Assembly (NCBI GenBank): GCA_964016885.1
Contig: OZ024741.1
Span: 97,960,001-98,024,000, forward strand
Direction: 5' to 3'
DNA from: Eledone cirrhosa
Taxonomy: Eukaryota
DNA length: 64,000 bases
The notes under the pieces were generated by a model. The model had not been told where the DNA came from and made no database searches. It saw nothing but the letters and a program-made list of their open reading frames with translations. The translations under genes were made by a program, and so were the position numbers. Below are positions 16,661 through 32,529 of this stretch, in pieces. Position 1 is the first letter of the stretch; every line of letters starts with the position of its first letter.

Positions 16661-17302
16661 TATTGTGTCATTGTAACTTGTATATTTACATACACCGCTG
16701 TATGTGCGTGATTTCTTTTGGTGAATCACAGAAAGGTTTATACAAATTAGGAAAGATGTCCTTGCAATTAGATCTCTATAAAGACACATCTTCCCAATTA
16801 ATGTGAAGAGGTTTCAGTTGAATTGTGTTTAAAATAATCAAATTTTCATATCTACTAGACTATTTAAGAATTTTCTCAACGCCACATGCTTTCATATTCA
16901 GTTTAATGAGTATTTGAGAGATTCTTTTCTTCGTATTTCCGTAATAAGACCTGATACATGTTGCTATATCGTCATGTATGATAAAATTGAATGCATTCAC
17001 TTTAAGTAGACATTTCATGTTTCCATCTTGATAGCAAGATGCAATAAATTAGTGCTTTAAATGTCAATTCATGTTAGCTGGCTTTCGAATTGCGTTAGTG
17101 GTTTCAAGTAGGCAACGCCATCAACTGCTTATTGGCAGCTCTTCAAGACATTTTAGAGAACGAAGTTAATTTGGCTTTAAATTGAGAATAGTGATGAAGG
17201 TGGTAGTCATACTGAAGAACATGTTAAATACAACACGCATATATTATGTACATTATATATACACAACATATATAAATACACTCACATAACACACATACTG
17301 AA

Positions 17303-17390
<88 letters not shown>

Positions 17391-17478
17391 GAGAGAAAGA
17401 GAGAGTTGATGTGCTCATTCTACTGACATGGCTTAAAAGAGACTGCATAGTTGCAAACGGATCGAATATTATTATTAA

Positions 17479-18125
17479 CTAGCAGCAGTACCCAGCGTTG
17501 CCTGGGTAGGTAAAATTATATCTACTTTGATGAAAAGGTGTTTATCTTAGCGACTGCTTCTCGATGACTCATTTATTACCACACACAGGCCATGCGGGGG
17601 AGGGTCGTGATGACCTCTATCACTGAGAAACGCGGGTGACTGACGAAGGGGCAATCTGGGGTAGGGTGTTTCGAATTTGAACGAAATCGTTTAAAAAATG
17701 TGGGAGCTAGAGCTGAAAAGGCAGAAATTTGAGCGAAAAGGTGGTATTTTCGAATATTTAAGCGGCTGCCACGCCGTTCCTGAACAAAAAATCCAAAGTG
17801 TAAAGTCACTTTAAGACGTGAAATAATCAGATCTAGTACGTTGATTAATGTGGGAGCTAGAGACGAAAAAGTGGAAGTTTGAGTCTAAAAGTGGTATTTT
17901 TGAATATTTAAGCGGCTGCCACGCCGTCCCTGAAGAACAAATGCAAAATATAAAGCGATTTCAGGATGTTCAACGATAAATTCTATTTTGCTTTAAAATT
18001 TTAACGGAATCGGTTTCAAAATGTGCGAGCTAGAGCCAAAAATCTTATTTTTCGATACCTAAAAAAAGGTGATTTTTATTTGCAGACTGACCCCGGAATA
18101 AAAGAACGATACGCTGATATATAGA
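17479..18125 (-). mobile_element. Non-autonomous Helitron-like element
   Basis: On the minus strand: 5' TCTATATATC; 3' hairpin CCCAGGCAACGCTGGG followed by CTAG; internal subrepeats (AATGTGGGAGCTAGAG-like, 3 copies). Confidence 0.7.
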
Positions 18126-18252
18126 AAACATTCTCCGATGACTAATATATGAGCCTGTAAATCGTTCGTAAGATGTAAACCCCTATAGGTAATACACAGA
18201 CACATACACACACACACATAGTTAATTTTATATATATACGGATATTCAAAAG

Positions 18253-18520
18253 GGCGGTGGATTGGCAGTATCGGTAGACGGTCTGACGCCATGCATTGCA
18301 GCAAAGAGTTACGGCCCTTTATGGTCTGAGTTCAAGTCCCGCCGAGGTTAACTTTGCCTTTCATCCCTACGGGGTCGATGAAATAAAGCACCAGTAATAC
18401 ACTGGGATAATTGCTAGCTTTGTGCCAAAAGTAGAAACAATTATTAATATTAAAAAACCTCAGATTACACTTATTGTATTCAGCCATGGAGAGCGATAAC
18501 TATTGTTAGTTATTACAGAC
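18253..18520 (+). mobile_element. SINE copy fused to a ~75-bp 3' extension
   Basis: SINE 18253-18445 followed by CTCAGATTACACTTATTGTATTCAGCCATG..; the same fusion occurs inverted at 29237-29421. Confidence 0.75.
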
Positions 18521-18531
18521 ATATATATATA

Positions 18532-20042
18532 TGAGATCAAAAGATGGTTAAAAGAGTTCCAAGTATTTTATTATGCGCATTTCAAAAACAAATGTCATCA
18601 TGAGATGATGTCTGCGTTTTCATCAGATAAGATAGGAATACATAATATGAAGGTTAAAATACACTTGTGAATAGTGAAGTTTTAAATCAACATAAGAAAA
18701 ATAATTTAAGATTGATGTGTGATATTGGGAAAAAGTGAGGAAGAGGAGGAGATGAGAGTAAAGAATAGTGGGGGAGGAGTATAAGAAGGAAGGATGAGAG
18801 AGGAGGAGAGATGGGTGATAGAGAGAGAGAGAGATAGCCTTTACAACTGAGAAAAATATATATTGTCTCACAGAGAGAAGTTAAAAAGCCGTTGGAAGAT
18901 AATAGATAATTTAAAAGAATTTGAAATTAAAAGTTGATGAAGAGAAAAAGGGGTTAAGAATAATATTAAATTAAGGTTTGTATATTGAAGGGTTTAATAA
19001 TATGTGCGAGGAAAAGAAATTCTTAATATGTATTATTAAAATAAAAATATTAATGTTATTAAAGATATAATGTGAAAAGAAGTAGAAGAGTGGAGGAGTT
19101 ATGAATTTAGAGGAATTAGTTAGTGTTTAAGTTTGTTTTTATGTAATGTAATATGTGTGCGTAATATATGTACGTAAATAGTTTGTTTAAAAAATGAGCG
19201 CAGAAAGAAAAGAAGAAAAGAATGTTTGAGGAAGAAAATATCTAACATAAAAAAAAAAATATATATATATGTTTACGAAATATTTTCTAATGGTAATAAT
19301 ATAATATATTAAAAGGAATTAGTTAGGGTTTAAGTTTGTTTTTATGTATTGTAATATGTAATATGTAAAAGTCAAATGAGCATGAAAGGAAGAGATAAGG
19401 AATTTAAGGAAGAAAAATCTAAAGTCAGAAATGTTTTATGTTTACGAAGGACTATTAAAGGTAATACTATAATGTATTAAAAAAGATAATAATAATGTTT
19501 GTGGCCAATGATATGAAGAAAGATAGAGGAATGGATAATGTTGTGGTGAGTAATAATAAGAATTGAGAAGTAGTTAGGAAGAAAAAGTACAGATTAGAGG
19601 TTAGACTTTAGAAAAGAGGAAGAAAGGAAAGTGATAAAGAGGAATGATATAGAATGAGTAACTTGTGTTATATAATATATAATAAATAATATTGAAAGAA
19701 GGTAGAAAGATGGGTATATTTAAAAAAAAATATATATGCCTTTGAGAAAAAACGATTTTAAACTAGTATGTATGATTTTAAACTAGCTGTATACTTTATG
19801 GAATGGTCTGTGGAATTTATTGAAGCAGAGAGAAAATAAATCAGCGCGTCTATTTATTATGGAATTTAAATTAGATATAATGGTAAATTTCTCAGATAGG
19901 CAAAGATTACATGTTCTGAATAGGGAAGCATTCAAGTAGGGAGAGGCAGAACAAACTTTCCACCAAGAGATATTATAGTTAATATAGTTAATATTATTAT
20001 TAGTTATAATTATTAACTATAACATCTCTTGTAGGAAAGTTT
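18532..20042 (-). mobile_element. PLE 3' remnant (PLE-3): endonuclease C-terminus, long AT-rich 3' region, pLTR HHR, short 5' inversion
   Basis: Minus-strand ..SASPYLN..TCNLCLSEKFTII..INRRADLFSLC (~19810-19960) parallels CDLCLTEAYYI..INDRTEV of the PLE at 59-60 kb; inverted repeat 19953-19984/20011-20042; ends at (TA)n. Confidence 0.75.
18565..18633 (-). ncRNA. Hammerhead ribozyme in PLE-3 pseudo-LTR
   Basis: Minus strand TTAT-CTGATGA-AAACGCAGA..CATCATCTCATGATG..TTTGTTTTT-GAAA-TGCGCA-TA-ATAA; palindromic stem III. Confidence 0.75.
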
Positions 20043-22560
20043 ATTCTGCTTTTCTAGCTTTCCGAAAGCATCACTTGCTTTCCTAATCCTGAGTGGGATT
20101 TCATTATCACTGTTGCTGTATCGATGAACAGTGCTTCCCAGGTAGACAAACTGATCAACCACACCAAGTCGTTTACCATACACATAGATATTTGGTTCAC
20201 TGTACTGCTTACCAGGGGCAGGTTGGTACATGACGACGGTTTTCTTGGGATTGACAGTCAATCTTAGGGCAGTGCAAGCATCAGAAAATGCATTCAAAAT
20301 GTGCTGCATATTACTGTCTGTGTGCGCTACAAGATCGCAATCATCTGCATACAAGAGGTCTCTTAGGATTGATGTAAATACTTCTGTTTTTGCAGCAAAG
20401 CACCTGATGTTAAATATGCTGCCTGAGGTTCGATATCGGATGTAAACACCATGCTCGCAATTCCTGTATCCAATATAGAAAACCATTGCAAAGTATATGG
20501 CAAACAGGGTCGGTGCTGGAATATCCCCCTGTTTCACTCCATTTTTTACTGAGATAGGTTCCGACATGTTACCTCCGACATTAACCCTAGCCTTCATGGC
20601 GTCATAGAAAGACCTAACTAAAGCAAGGAACTTATCAGAGCAACCAAGCTTTTGGAGAACCTTCCATAATGCATTTCTGTTAAGAGTATCGAAAGTTTTT
20701 GTCAGATCGACAAAAACCTGATACAGATCCAAACCTTGTTCCATGCACTTCTCCTGGAGCCGTCTAGCTGAGAAGATCATATCAGTAGTGCTGCGTCCAG
20801 CACGAAAACCATATTGACTTTCAGGACGAACACAATCTGCGATATGTGTCAGCAAACGGTGCAGAAGCACCGTACATAAAATGTTCCCTACGACAGAAAG
20901 CAATAATATACCTCTGTAGTTCCCACAATCATTCCTGTTATCCTTTCCCTTGTACAAGACCACCATTACTGCAACTCTCCAGTCCTCAGCTACGGATTCA
21001 TTAGTCCATATGCTGCCAAACAAAGAGTGAGATGTTGCAGGAGTCTCTCACCACCATATTGTAGGAGCTCTGCATTTATGCCATCCATACCTGGAGACCT
21101 TCCACAGTTCAGCTTCGAGATAGCCACTGCAACCTCCACAAGCGTCGGAGGTTCTGCAAGAGTTACCCTCACAGGACTTTCTGGAATGAGATTGAGGAAA
21201 TCTTCATTGACGACAGACGGCTGATTCAAAAGCTCATGAATGTGCTCTCGCCACCTTCGTAGAATTCCTTCTGAGTCACGAAGAAGTTCTTTGCCAGCCT
21301 TGCTGCGAAGCGGTGTTACCAGAGAAGAAGACGGTCCACGCAAGAGACTGTATAACAGCTTTGTGTTATTGGAATCTGACGCAGTGTGTATCTCATCAGC
21401 CTTCTCACTCCACCACTGATCCTTCATCTGATAAAGACTCCGCCTAACACGTGATTTCACATCCTTGAGTTCCTTATGCAACATATTATTCTACTGTGGT
21501 TTTGTCGTCAAGTAGCGTGAGAGAGCACGCCTTTTATCAGCCAACAAGTCTTCTATATGTTCATCATTCTCATTAAACCAGTCTTGATATTTTCTCTGCA
21601 CCAATCCCAGAACACGCCTGCCTACATCATAAACCGACTTTTTAAGGGTCGGCCAATCCTCACCAAGATCTGCAACTTGCATCTCTTTCGCAATGTCCTC
21701 TTCAGATGTTTATCCCTAAGACGAGCAGCATTCAATCTTCTAGGCCGGGCAACACCAGGAGCGCGGATTTTACGTTTAGTGATTAGTTTCACTTTTGTGC
21801 GTACCAGGTGGTGGTCCCTGCAGTACTCAGCTCCACGAAGAGCACGAATACACTGCACACGAATACGTCTGTCACGCCTCCTGACTAGGACGTAGTCCAA
21901 AAGATGCCATTCCTTAGATGTAGGATGCATTCATGTAGTCTTAAATTTGTTCTTTTGTTGGAACATGGTGTTGGTAACACACAGATCCAGCTCCTCACAC
22001 ATCTGCAGCAGGAGCATACTATTGCTGTTACACTCTCCCACCACATGCCTTCCGATTACATTCCATGTGTTAAAATCCCTACCCACGCTAGCATTAAAGT
22101 CACCAAACACGATGACTTTGTCTGCCTGAGGGATATTTCTTAAAACACCTTTCAAGGCATGGTAAAAGGATACTTTTCTTCATCGACAGAATTCATAGTT
22201 GGAGCATACACACTCACCGGGGTCGCATATCTTCCTTTGTCCAGCATAATTCTCATGGACATAAGACGCTCAATAATCCCCATTGGAAATTTTTCTAATT
22301 TATTCACAAGAACAGTCTTTATAGCAAATGCTAACCCAGCCTCTCTTCTGGTTCCTTCATCTCTTCCTTTCCAGAAGGATGTATATTCTCCCCCAAAATT
22401 CTGTAAGATGACCATCTCCAGCTAACCTCGTCTCAGATAGATCGTAACGTCGAAGCTCCTTTGCAACAAGAGTAGTCCTTCGTTCAGGACGTTCCAAGAA
22501 ATCCCTGTCAAGCAGCGTTCGTACGTTCCAGCAGCCAAGACTAAATGCCTTGTTTGGTTC
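20043..22560 (-). mobile_element. RTE-clade LINE (APE endonuclease + RT), degenerate, 3' end missing
   Basis: GCWNVRTLLD, SVYAPT, FGDFNA, WHLLDYVLVR, DHHLV (APE); SPGMDGI, NYRGI, GVKQG, LLYADD (RT); multiple frameshifts. Confidence 0.92.
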
Positions 22561-22734
22561 TATTACAGTGGAACGATGACGAGCGGGCCCAGGCCCTTAT
22601 TGCTAATTATCTCTTTTGTTCCAGAACCCTTATTGTCAATTATATATTTTGTTCCAGAGCCCTTATTGCCAATTATCTCTTTATATTGTTTTGGAACATC
22701 ATTGAATTGGAAAAAAAAAAAGATATAATAATAA

Positions 22735-22923
22735 TAATTCTTTCTACTTTTGTCACAAGGCCAGTAATTGTGCAGTGTATTACTGGTAATTTATTTTATC
22801 GACCTCATAAGGATGAAAGGCAAAATTTACCTCGGCGGGATTTGAACTCAGAATAGCAAGGGCCGTAACTCTAAGGGACAAAACATGGCGTCCGACCCTC
22901 TACCGATACTGCCAATCCACCGC
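22735..22923 (-). mobile_element. tRNA-derived SINE copy
   Basis: Reverse complement of the SINE consensus with A and B boxes. Confidence 0.85.
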
Positions 22924-22970
22924 TTTTACTGCCAATCCACAATAATAATAATAATACACTATTAATAAGT

Positions 22971-24546
<1,576 letters not shown>

Positions 24547-24550
24547 GATT

Positions 24551-27500
24551 TACAGTCTAAGGATTTACAGAAACCCATGAAGCTAGTTTTAACACCTTTC
24601 TAGTGGGTCCGGGTATGATTTTACATTCATTTAAATTATTGACGTATTGTTTTATTGATATTTTTTATCTGTTTGGCCCGAATCTTCCTTTATCGATTTT
24701 AAATCGTATGGTTGATTGTAGACTTGTTCTATATGTGACGGTATTTTAACGATAGTTATAGCTCTGATTCATCTGAATTATTGAGCCCTCTGCCGCTCAT
24801 ATCGAATTTCGTTTATCGTGAACTCGTGCGCCGATTTTTCGATACTCGATCTTTCTAATATATTTAGCTCTGGACATAGCTATCCACCAGTTAATTTTAT
24901 TGCTCATTTTTTGTCGATTCTATTGAGTGATGAATAGCTTTTGTTTTATTTTAACATGTCTATTGAGCACTCTAATTCGATATGTGTATTTCCACATTCA
25001 CTCGAATTGTTTTCGCGGATATAGGGGTCATCTCCCTTGTCTAATGCCATGTGCGTTTTTCACCGCTAGTTGACTCCTCTGCCGCCAGGAAAAAACTCGT
25101 TGATAACGTAAACTCCGTTCCACTTGCTCTAGTAGGCTTTTATATTTATATGTGAGCTGATAGAGTACAGTCTAAGGATTTACAGAAACCCATGAAGCTA
25201 GTTTTAACACCTTTCTAGTGGGTCCGGGTATGATTTTACATTCATTTAAATTATTGACGTATTGTTTTATTGATATTTTTTATCTGTTTGGCCCGAATCT
25301 TCCTTTATCGATTTTAAATCGTATGGTTGATTGTAGACTTGTTCTATATGTGACGGTATTTTAACGATAGTTATAGCTCTGATTCATCTGAATTATTGAG
25401 CCCTCTGCCGCTCATATCGAATTTCGTTTATCGTGAACTCGTGCGCCGATTTTTCGATACTCGATCTTTCTAATATATTTAGCTCTGGACATAGCTATCC
25501 ACCAGTTAATTTTATTGCTCATTTTTTGTCGATTCTATTGAGTGATGAATAGCTTTTGTTTTATTTTAACATGTCTATTGAGCACTCTAATTCGATATGT
25601 GTATTTCCACATTCACTCGAATTGTTTTCGCGGATATAGGGGTCATCTCCCTTGTCTAATGCCATGTGCGTTTTTCACCGCTAGTTGACTCCTCTGCCGC
25701 CAGGAAAAAACTCGTTGATAACGTAAACTCCGTTCCACTTGCTCTAGTAGGCTTTTATATTTATATGTGAGCTGATAGAGTACAGTCTAAGGATTTACAG
25801 AAACCCATGAAGCTAGTTTTAACACCTTTCTAGTGGGTCCGGGTATGATTTTACATTCATTTAAATTATTGACGTATTGTTTTATTGATATTTTTTATCT
25901 GTTTGGCCCGAATCTTCCTTTATCGATTTTAAATCGTATGGTTGATTGTAGACTTGTTCTATATGTGACGGTATTTTAACGATAGTTATAGCTCTGATTC
26001 ATCTGAATTATTGAGCCCTCTGCCGCTCATATCGAATTTCGTTTATCGTGAACTCGTGCGCCGATTTTTCGATACTCGATCTTTCTAATATATTTAGCTC
26101 TGGACATAGCTATCCACCAGTTAATTTTATTGCTCATTTTTTGTCGATTCTATTGAGTGATGAATAGCTTTTGTTTTATTTTAACATGTCTATTGAGCAC
26201 TCTAATTCGATATGTGTATTTCCACATTCACTCGAATTGTTTTCGCGGATATAGGGGTCATCTCCCTTGTCTAATGCCATGTGCGTTTTTCACCGCTATT
26301 TGACTCCTCTGCCGCCAGGAAAAAACTCGTTGATAACGTAAACTCCGTTCCACTTGCTCTAGTAGGCTTTTATATTTATATGTGAGCTGATAGAGTACAG
26401 TCTAAGGATTTACAGAAACCCATGAAGCTAGTTTTAACACCTTTCTAGTGGGTCCGGGTATGATTTTACATTCATTTAAATTATTGACGTATTGTTTTAT
26501 TGATATTTTTTATCTGTTTGGCCCGAATCTTCCTTTATCGATTTTAAATCGTATGGTTGATTGTAGACTTGTTCTATATGTGACGGTATTTTAACGATAG
26601 TTATAGCTCTGATTCATCTGAATTATTGAGCCCTCTGCCGCTCATATCGAATTTCGTTTATCGTGAACTCGTGCGCCGATTTTTCGATACTCGATCTTTC
26701 TAATATATTTAGCTCTGGACATAGCTATCCACCAGTTAATTTTATTGCTCATTTTTTGTCGATTCTATTGAGTGATGAATAGCTTTTGTTTTATTTTAAC
26801 ATGTCTATTGAGCACTCTAATTCGATATGTGTATTTCCACATTCACTCGAATTGTTTTCGCGGATATAGGGGTCATCTCCCTTGTCTAATGCCATGTGCG
26901 TTTTTCACCGCTAGTTGACTCCTCTGCCGCCAGGAAAAAACTCGTTGATAACGTAAACTCCGTTCCACTTGCTCTAGTAGGCTTTTATATTTATATGTGA
27001 GCTGATAGAGTACAGTCTAAGGATTTACAGAAACCCATGAAGCTAGTTTTAACACCTTTCTAGTGGGTCCGGGTATGATTTTACATTCATTTAAATTATT
27101 GACGTATTGTTTTATTGATATTTTTTATCTGTTTGGCCCGAATCTTCCTTTATCGATTTTAAATCGTATGGTTGATTGTAGACTTGTTCTATATGTGACG
27201 GTATTTTAACGATAGTTATAGCTCTGATTCATCTGAATTATTGAGCCCTCTGCCGCTCATATCGAATTTCGTTTATCGTGAACTCGTGCGCCGATTTTTC
27301 GATACTCGATCTTTCTAATATATTTAGCTCTGGACATAGCTATCCACCAGTTAATTTTATTGCTCATTTTTTGTCGATTCTATTGAGTGATGAATAGCTT
27401 TTGTTTTATTTTAACATGTCTATTGAGCACTCTAATTCGATATGTGTATTTCCACATTCACTCGAATTGTTTTCGCGGATATAGGGGTCATCTCCCTTGT

Positions 27501-27935
27501 CTAATGCCATGTGCGTTTTTCACCGCTAGTTGACTCCTCTGCCGCCAGGAAAAAACTCGTTGATAACGTAAACTCCGTTCCACTTGCTCTAGTAGGCTTT
27601 TATATTTATATGTGAGCTGATAGAGTACAGTCTAAGGATTTACAGAAACCCATGAAGCTAGTTTTAACACCTTTCTAGTGGGTCCGGGTATGATTTTACA
27701 TTCATTTAAATTATTGACGTATTGTTTTATTGATATTTTTTATCTGTTTGGCCCGAATCTTCCTTTATCGATTTTAAATCGTATGGTTGATTGTAGACTT
27801 GTTCTATATGTGACGGTATTTTAACGATAGTTATAGCTCTGATTCATCTGAATTATTGAGCCCTCTGCCGCTCATATCGAATTTCGTTTATCGTGAACTC
27901 GTGCGCCGATTTTTCGATACTCGATCTTTCTAATA
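24551..27935. repeat. Tandem array, 615-bp unit, 5.5 near-identical copies
   Basis: TACAGTCTAAGGATTTACAG recurs at 24551, 25166, 25781, 26396, 27011 and 27626; only one substitution noticed (~26299); array runs into (TA)n. Confidence 0.97.
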
Positions 27936-28020
27936 TATATATATATATATATATTACCGTCATTACTGATACAAGATTATGAGATTATGTGTTACCGTTC
28001 AGTATTATTATACTTGCTTT

Positions 28021-28212
28021 ACGGTGAATTGGCAGTATCGGTAGAGGGTCGGACACCATGCTTTGACGCGCAGTGTTACGGCCCTAGCCATTCTGAGTTC
28101 AAATCCGGCCGAGGTTAACTTCGCCTTTCAACCTTACCGGGTCGATAAAATAAAGTACCAGTAATGTACTGGGTAATTGCTGGCCTTGTGCCAATAGTAG
28201 AAACAATTATTA
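28021..28212 (+). mobile_element. tRNA-derived SINE copy, followed by a more decayed copy to ~28365
   Basis: Matches the SINE consensus. Confidence 0.85.
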
Positions 28213-28427
28213 TAATTGCTTTACAGCATAGAGCTATGGCCGTCGACGCTCTGAGATCAAAACCCGCCGAGCTCAACCTTGCCTCTCATCCTCACGGATT
28301 CAACAAAAGAGAGCACCAGTAATGCGCTGGAACAATCACTGGGTCCGTGCCAAAAGCAGAAGAAATGTACGTATATATATATATACATACACACACACAC
28401 ACACACATATATATACATATATATATA

Positions 28428-28702
28428 TTTAAAGAATAGAAGTGTAACACACGAGTTGTGATATATTAGTAAAAGGAAAAGAAAATGCGCCCGTGATGTT
28501 TGCTCTAATCAGATTAGAGCAAACATCACGGGCTCTATCTCAAAATTATTTTTGAAAAGCATTAGAAATGCGCAACCGGTAAAAAACTTAAAACTAAAAC
28601 TGAATACTAACCAATACTTATTACTAATTTTTACTTATTACCAATTAAACTATTTTTCACTGGGAAAAATGTGTCAGCATTTTCTTTTCCTTTTACTAAT
28701 AT
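28428..28702 (+). mobile_element. pLTR-like element with inverted 3' end, internal palindrome and variant HHR
   Basis: 28428-28488 is an inverted copy of the family 3' end; 45-bp palindrome 28489-28533; body homologous to 48241-48467; (TA)n flanks. Confidence 0.7.
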
Positions 28703-29130
28703 ATATATATATATATATTCCCCCTCTGTCATGTCCGTTAACTCTTCCTCACACTTTCACTCACTCACTGTTTTTCTCTCTCTTCTCTTCATTTCATCCT
28801 GCACACCACGAACGCTATTTTTCTCTCTCTGCTCATAGCCCTCGTTCATGTAGGATCTATTCTCTAAGCGCTCATATATTCACCTAGCTTATGCTAAACA
28901 GAATAATTTTTGAAGCTTGTTTCTGTCCCCCACGGTATGCTATACTTTCTGTTGTTCTCCTGTCTCACTCGCTTTACGCGTTTTAATTGTCCTAATAACT
29001 TATTTTGGTTATTATTGCACCGACGTGAGATATATGATTTTTAATGCAATGAAATATCTATGATCTTCGGCAAATCACTGATGAGGGACTTATTTTATTA
29101 CATGTTATCCATGTGCTACCTACAGTATTT

Positions 29131-29199
<69 letters not shown>

Positions 29200-29236
29200 C
29201 ATACATACATATATATATATATATGTATATATATAT

Positions 29237-29421
29237 AAGTAATAGGTAACAATAGTTATCGCTTTACATGGCTGAATACAATAAGTGTAATCTGAGTTTT
29301 GGGAATATTAATAATTGTTTCTACTTTTGGCACAAGGCCAGTAATTATACCAGTGTATTACTGGTGCTTTACTTTATCGACACCGTAAGGATGAAAGGCA
29401 AAGTTAACCTCGGCGGGACTT
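29237..29421 (-). mobile_element. SINE 3' half plus the same 3' extension as 18446-18520
   Basis: Reverse-complement match to ~18336-18515. Confidence 0.75.
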
Positions 29422-32400
29422 GTTAACCAGCCGTGAATCACCCGTATACATGAAACTGACTGGCCTATCTGCTGATATGCAAATCGGTCTGACCAGTGGA
29501 TCTGCTAATAAGCAGATCTGACTGTTCAGCTCGTCTGCTAATATGCATATCAGACCGATCAGTCATTGTATATTTCAGAAAATATCATATATTTTCACTA
29601 CCTCTGACTATACATATAATGTTATAGCTTTTTCTTGAAGCATTGTATATAATATATAATATTGAATGAGTTAGAAGGGTGAACAATGCAAAATGGACTG
29701 TAAGATGAGGTAACGATAAGTAAAGGTTACCTGGTAATCTTATTATTTGATCTGTTCAATATTTTTGGGCGTAAAAGTGCCTTCATCGGGGTTTAAGGAA
29801 CCTTCTGTGGATAACGTTACAATTTCCTCTGTTTGGTATGACACTTTCATTTTGATTTATATGTTTTTCTAAGTCGTTTGCAAGCGTTTTTCGATGGTTA
29901 CTTCTTTTTCCAGTGTAATGACGTGAATTGCCAATATTTCGCGAAATCATATTTCCTTTTTGTATTAGTTTGTGTGCTCACATTTCTATAAAAACTTTGA
30001 TTTCAGAGGTTATATGCCATCTCTATTAGGAGAAGCAATTCAAGCGACAGAAAGTAATGCATCCTTGTGGATTATATTAAATGAAAATAACGTTAATCAG
30101 ATTTCTCTTCAAATGTGTATAAATACTCATGTAATAATTCTAAATGGTATAAATAATTGTAATGAATAGGTTGATAGAAAGATAGATATGTGTGATCGAA
30201 CGTCTGTAATAGTGAATGTAAACAAAGGCACACACGCATGTACACATACAAAACTACAATCACACAGATGCACATACGTTATCTTTCTGCCAGAGTGTTT
30301 GGGTCAGTATTTCAATCCTTTCATTTTATTGTGTATTGTTAAAACTTCATTTCAGTGTCCTCTTCTAATGTCTAACATTGATACACCACCAAATATTGTG
30401 TCGAATAGTTTATAATCTTATCGATTCTTTAGGGATGAAAATCAAAGTAAGTCGAGTAGTTTGAAACTATGATGTAAAGATACCGAAAAACATTGAATTT
30501 TTCCATATCCCTTTTCTTGTATTATTTTCCATTCTTGTTCCTTGCATAGGTTTTGTAGTTCAATAATGCGACTGACAATAGTTATGTCCACATAATATTT
30601 ATTTCATCCAAAATTTAAACATCATCGTCAGATATTCGATCTAATTAATATAATACTTTAATATTTGTAACTAGTAGATTCTGTACAACATCGTATTCTG
30701 ATGTATTACATATCGGGAAAAATTCCCTGTCGAATTTGGCTGACATTTTAAATTCAAATATGACCTAGACAATTATATGACCTAGACAATTATTACGTCT
30801 CAACCAACGTCGATAAAATAAAGTACTAGGCAATTATGTGTCAATGTATACGAGATATAAATAGCCTAGTGTATAACCTATGTATAAATAAATATTGTTT
30901 ATCTGATTTCAGAGATTTCGCTAAAATAACTATCAGAAATATATTCAGAGTCTATTTAGTAGAGTATAAATCGTCCTTATAAATGCTTTGCGTCAATATT
31001 AGGTAAGAAATCAATATGTGTTATGCTTCCGTAAATATTTATTCTATTTCCGCTAAGAGACTTTATTGGATAAGGCAATTTTTTCAATACATATTTATAG
31101 TAAAGATTTCGTAATGCTTCTACATCTTATAAACAGACTGATGGATTTTTCTATAAATAAATATTAATATAACTTAAGTGGCTTATCACAAGTTTAGGTA
31201 TCGTTCGAGATTAAATAGATATATATTGTTTCAAGGGAATATATGAAAACGATTGTTGCAAAATATTTTTATATTTGATAAATTTCTTTTTTAGGAAAAG
31301 TAAGAATATGTGAAGTTTAACTCTTACTAATCTAAAAAAAGTTATATAAACAAGTACATAATTTAAAAATCATAAAATAGATATAAATTGCATATCATTT
31401 GATTACAACCTTTCTGGGATTATGTGAAGTAGATTTCATGGAACAAATTCTATTGAAGCCTCGGAAAATTCAGTTAGTCTTAAAAAATGAATAATTTATA
31501 TTAGAAATATAAATAGAAAGCAGTTAAAACTAAAAGGAGTTTTATTTGTCATATTGATATCGACTAAATATGGGATCACTGAAGAGTTATGTTAAATTCA
31601 TTTCTTCCGAAAATTAAACGTGAACTTTTCGTTGTTGTTTCTGATAACGTAATTTCCTGAAAATCTCAAATTTGTTCCAGTCACAATCGTTATCAGATGA
31701 TGTACGGTTTATGATTTATGTATAACTAATGTAATCTGGATTACATGACATATCGCAACCACAAACACGTGCACTCTCGGGAGGGTGAAATATGTGCTAC
31801 TATAATACACACGCACAACAATGTTTGCATACACACAAAACCCATAACACATACTGGGGATAACACACACATCGACTATAACACACATGTGAAAGCCTCG
31901 ACACTAAAATTACACCCCCTCGTAAAAGGTATACATACACACCCACGAATTACACACATTATTCAAAACAGATTAACAATCACCTAGATCCAACAACTAA
32001 ACTAGCTAAATGGAGATAGAAAAACAAAACCAACACAAACTCATAAAAGTCTAATTTGAATCATTGCCCCACACCCTGAAAAATTATCTTACACTTTACC
32101 ATTGCTTCCATACGAAAACTTTTAAATACCATATGAAATGTCCCAATTCATTTTCAGTCTATTATCCTGTTGAATTTTATTTTTACTTTGGTTTATCGTC
32201 ATTTTACCTAAGTCTGCTACAATATAACACCCCATATAATAGTCATGAAGGAAGTTAACATGAACTCCCTGAGTTATTTCTTTTCTCGCCATCGAAGTGA
32301 TACCACCTAAAATACCGGGCACCCTAATATATAACATTTGTTTCTACTTTTGGCACAACTCGAATAAATAATAATAAGTAGACTTTCCTTTCTTTAAGTA

Positions 32401-32529
32401 TAGAGTACTGGGTAGATACTCATTTTACTTAGCTTAATTAGAGAACACATATCTATCTATATATATATATCGCTAGTCTGTGTGTGTGTGTGTGAGTGTG
32501 TGTATGTACATATATATATATATATAAGC

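Noticed and set aside
24551-27935. CRISPR array or rDNA/snRNA cluster interpretation of the tandem repeats
   Set aside because: Whole 615-bp units repeat without unique spacers; no recognisable 5S, snRNA or tRNA sequence; eukaryotic context.
29445-29575. Small imperfect hairpin with repeated TATGCA(A/T)ATC motifs
   Set aside because: Single copy with short arms; too little evidence to call an element or regulatory site.
29755-29795. Minus-strand HHR-like CCGATGAAGGC..GCCCAAAAATATT; similar weak traces near 13365-13415 and 18135
   Set aside because: Multiple core mismatches and poor or uncertain stems; cannot be distinguished from chance.
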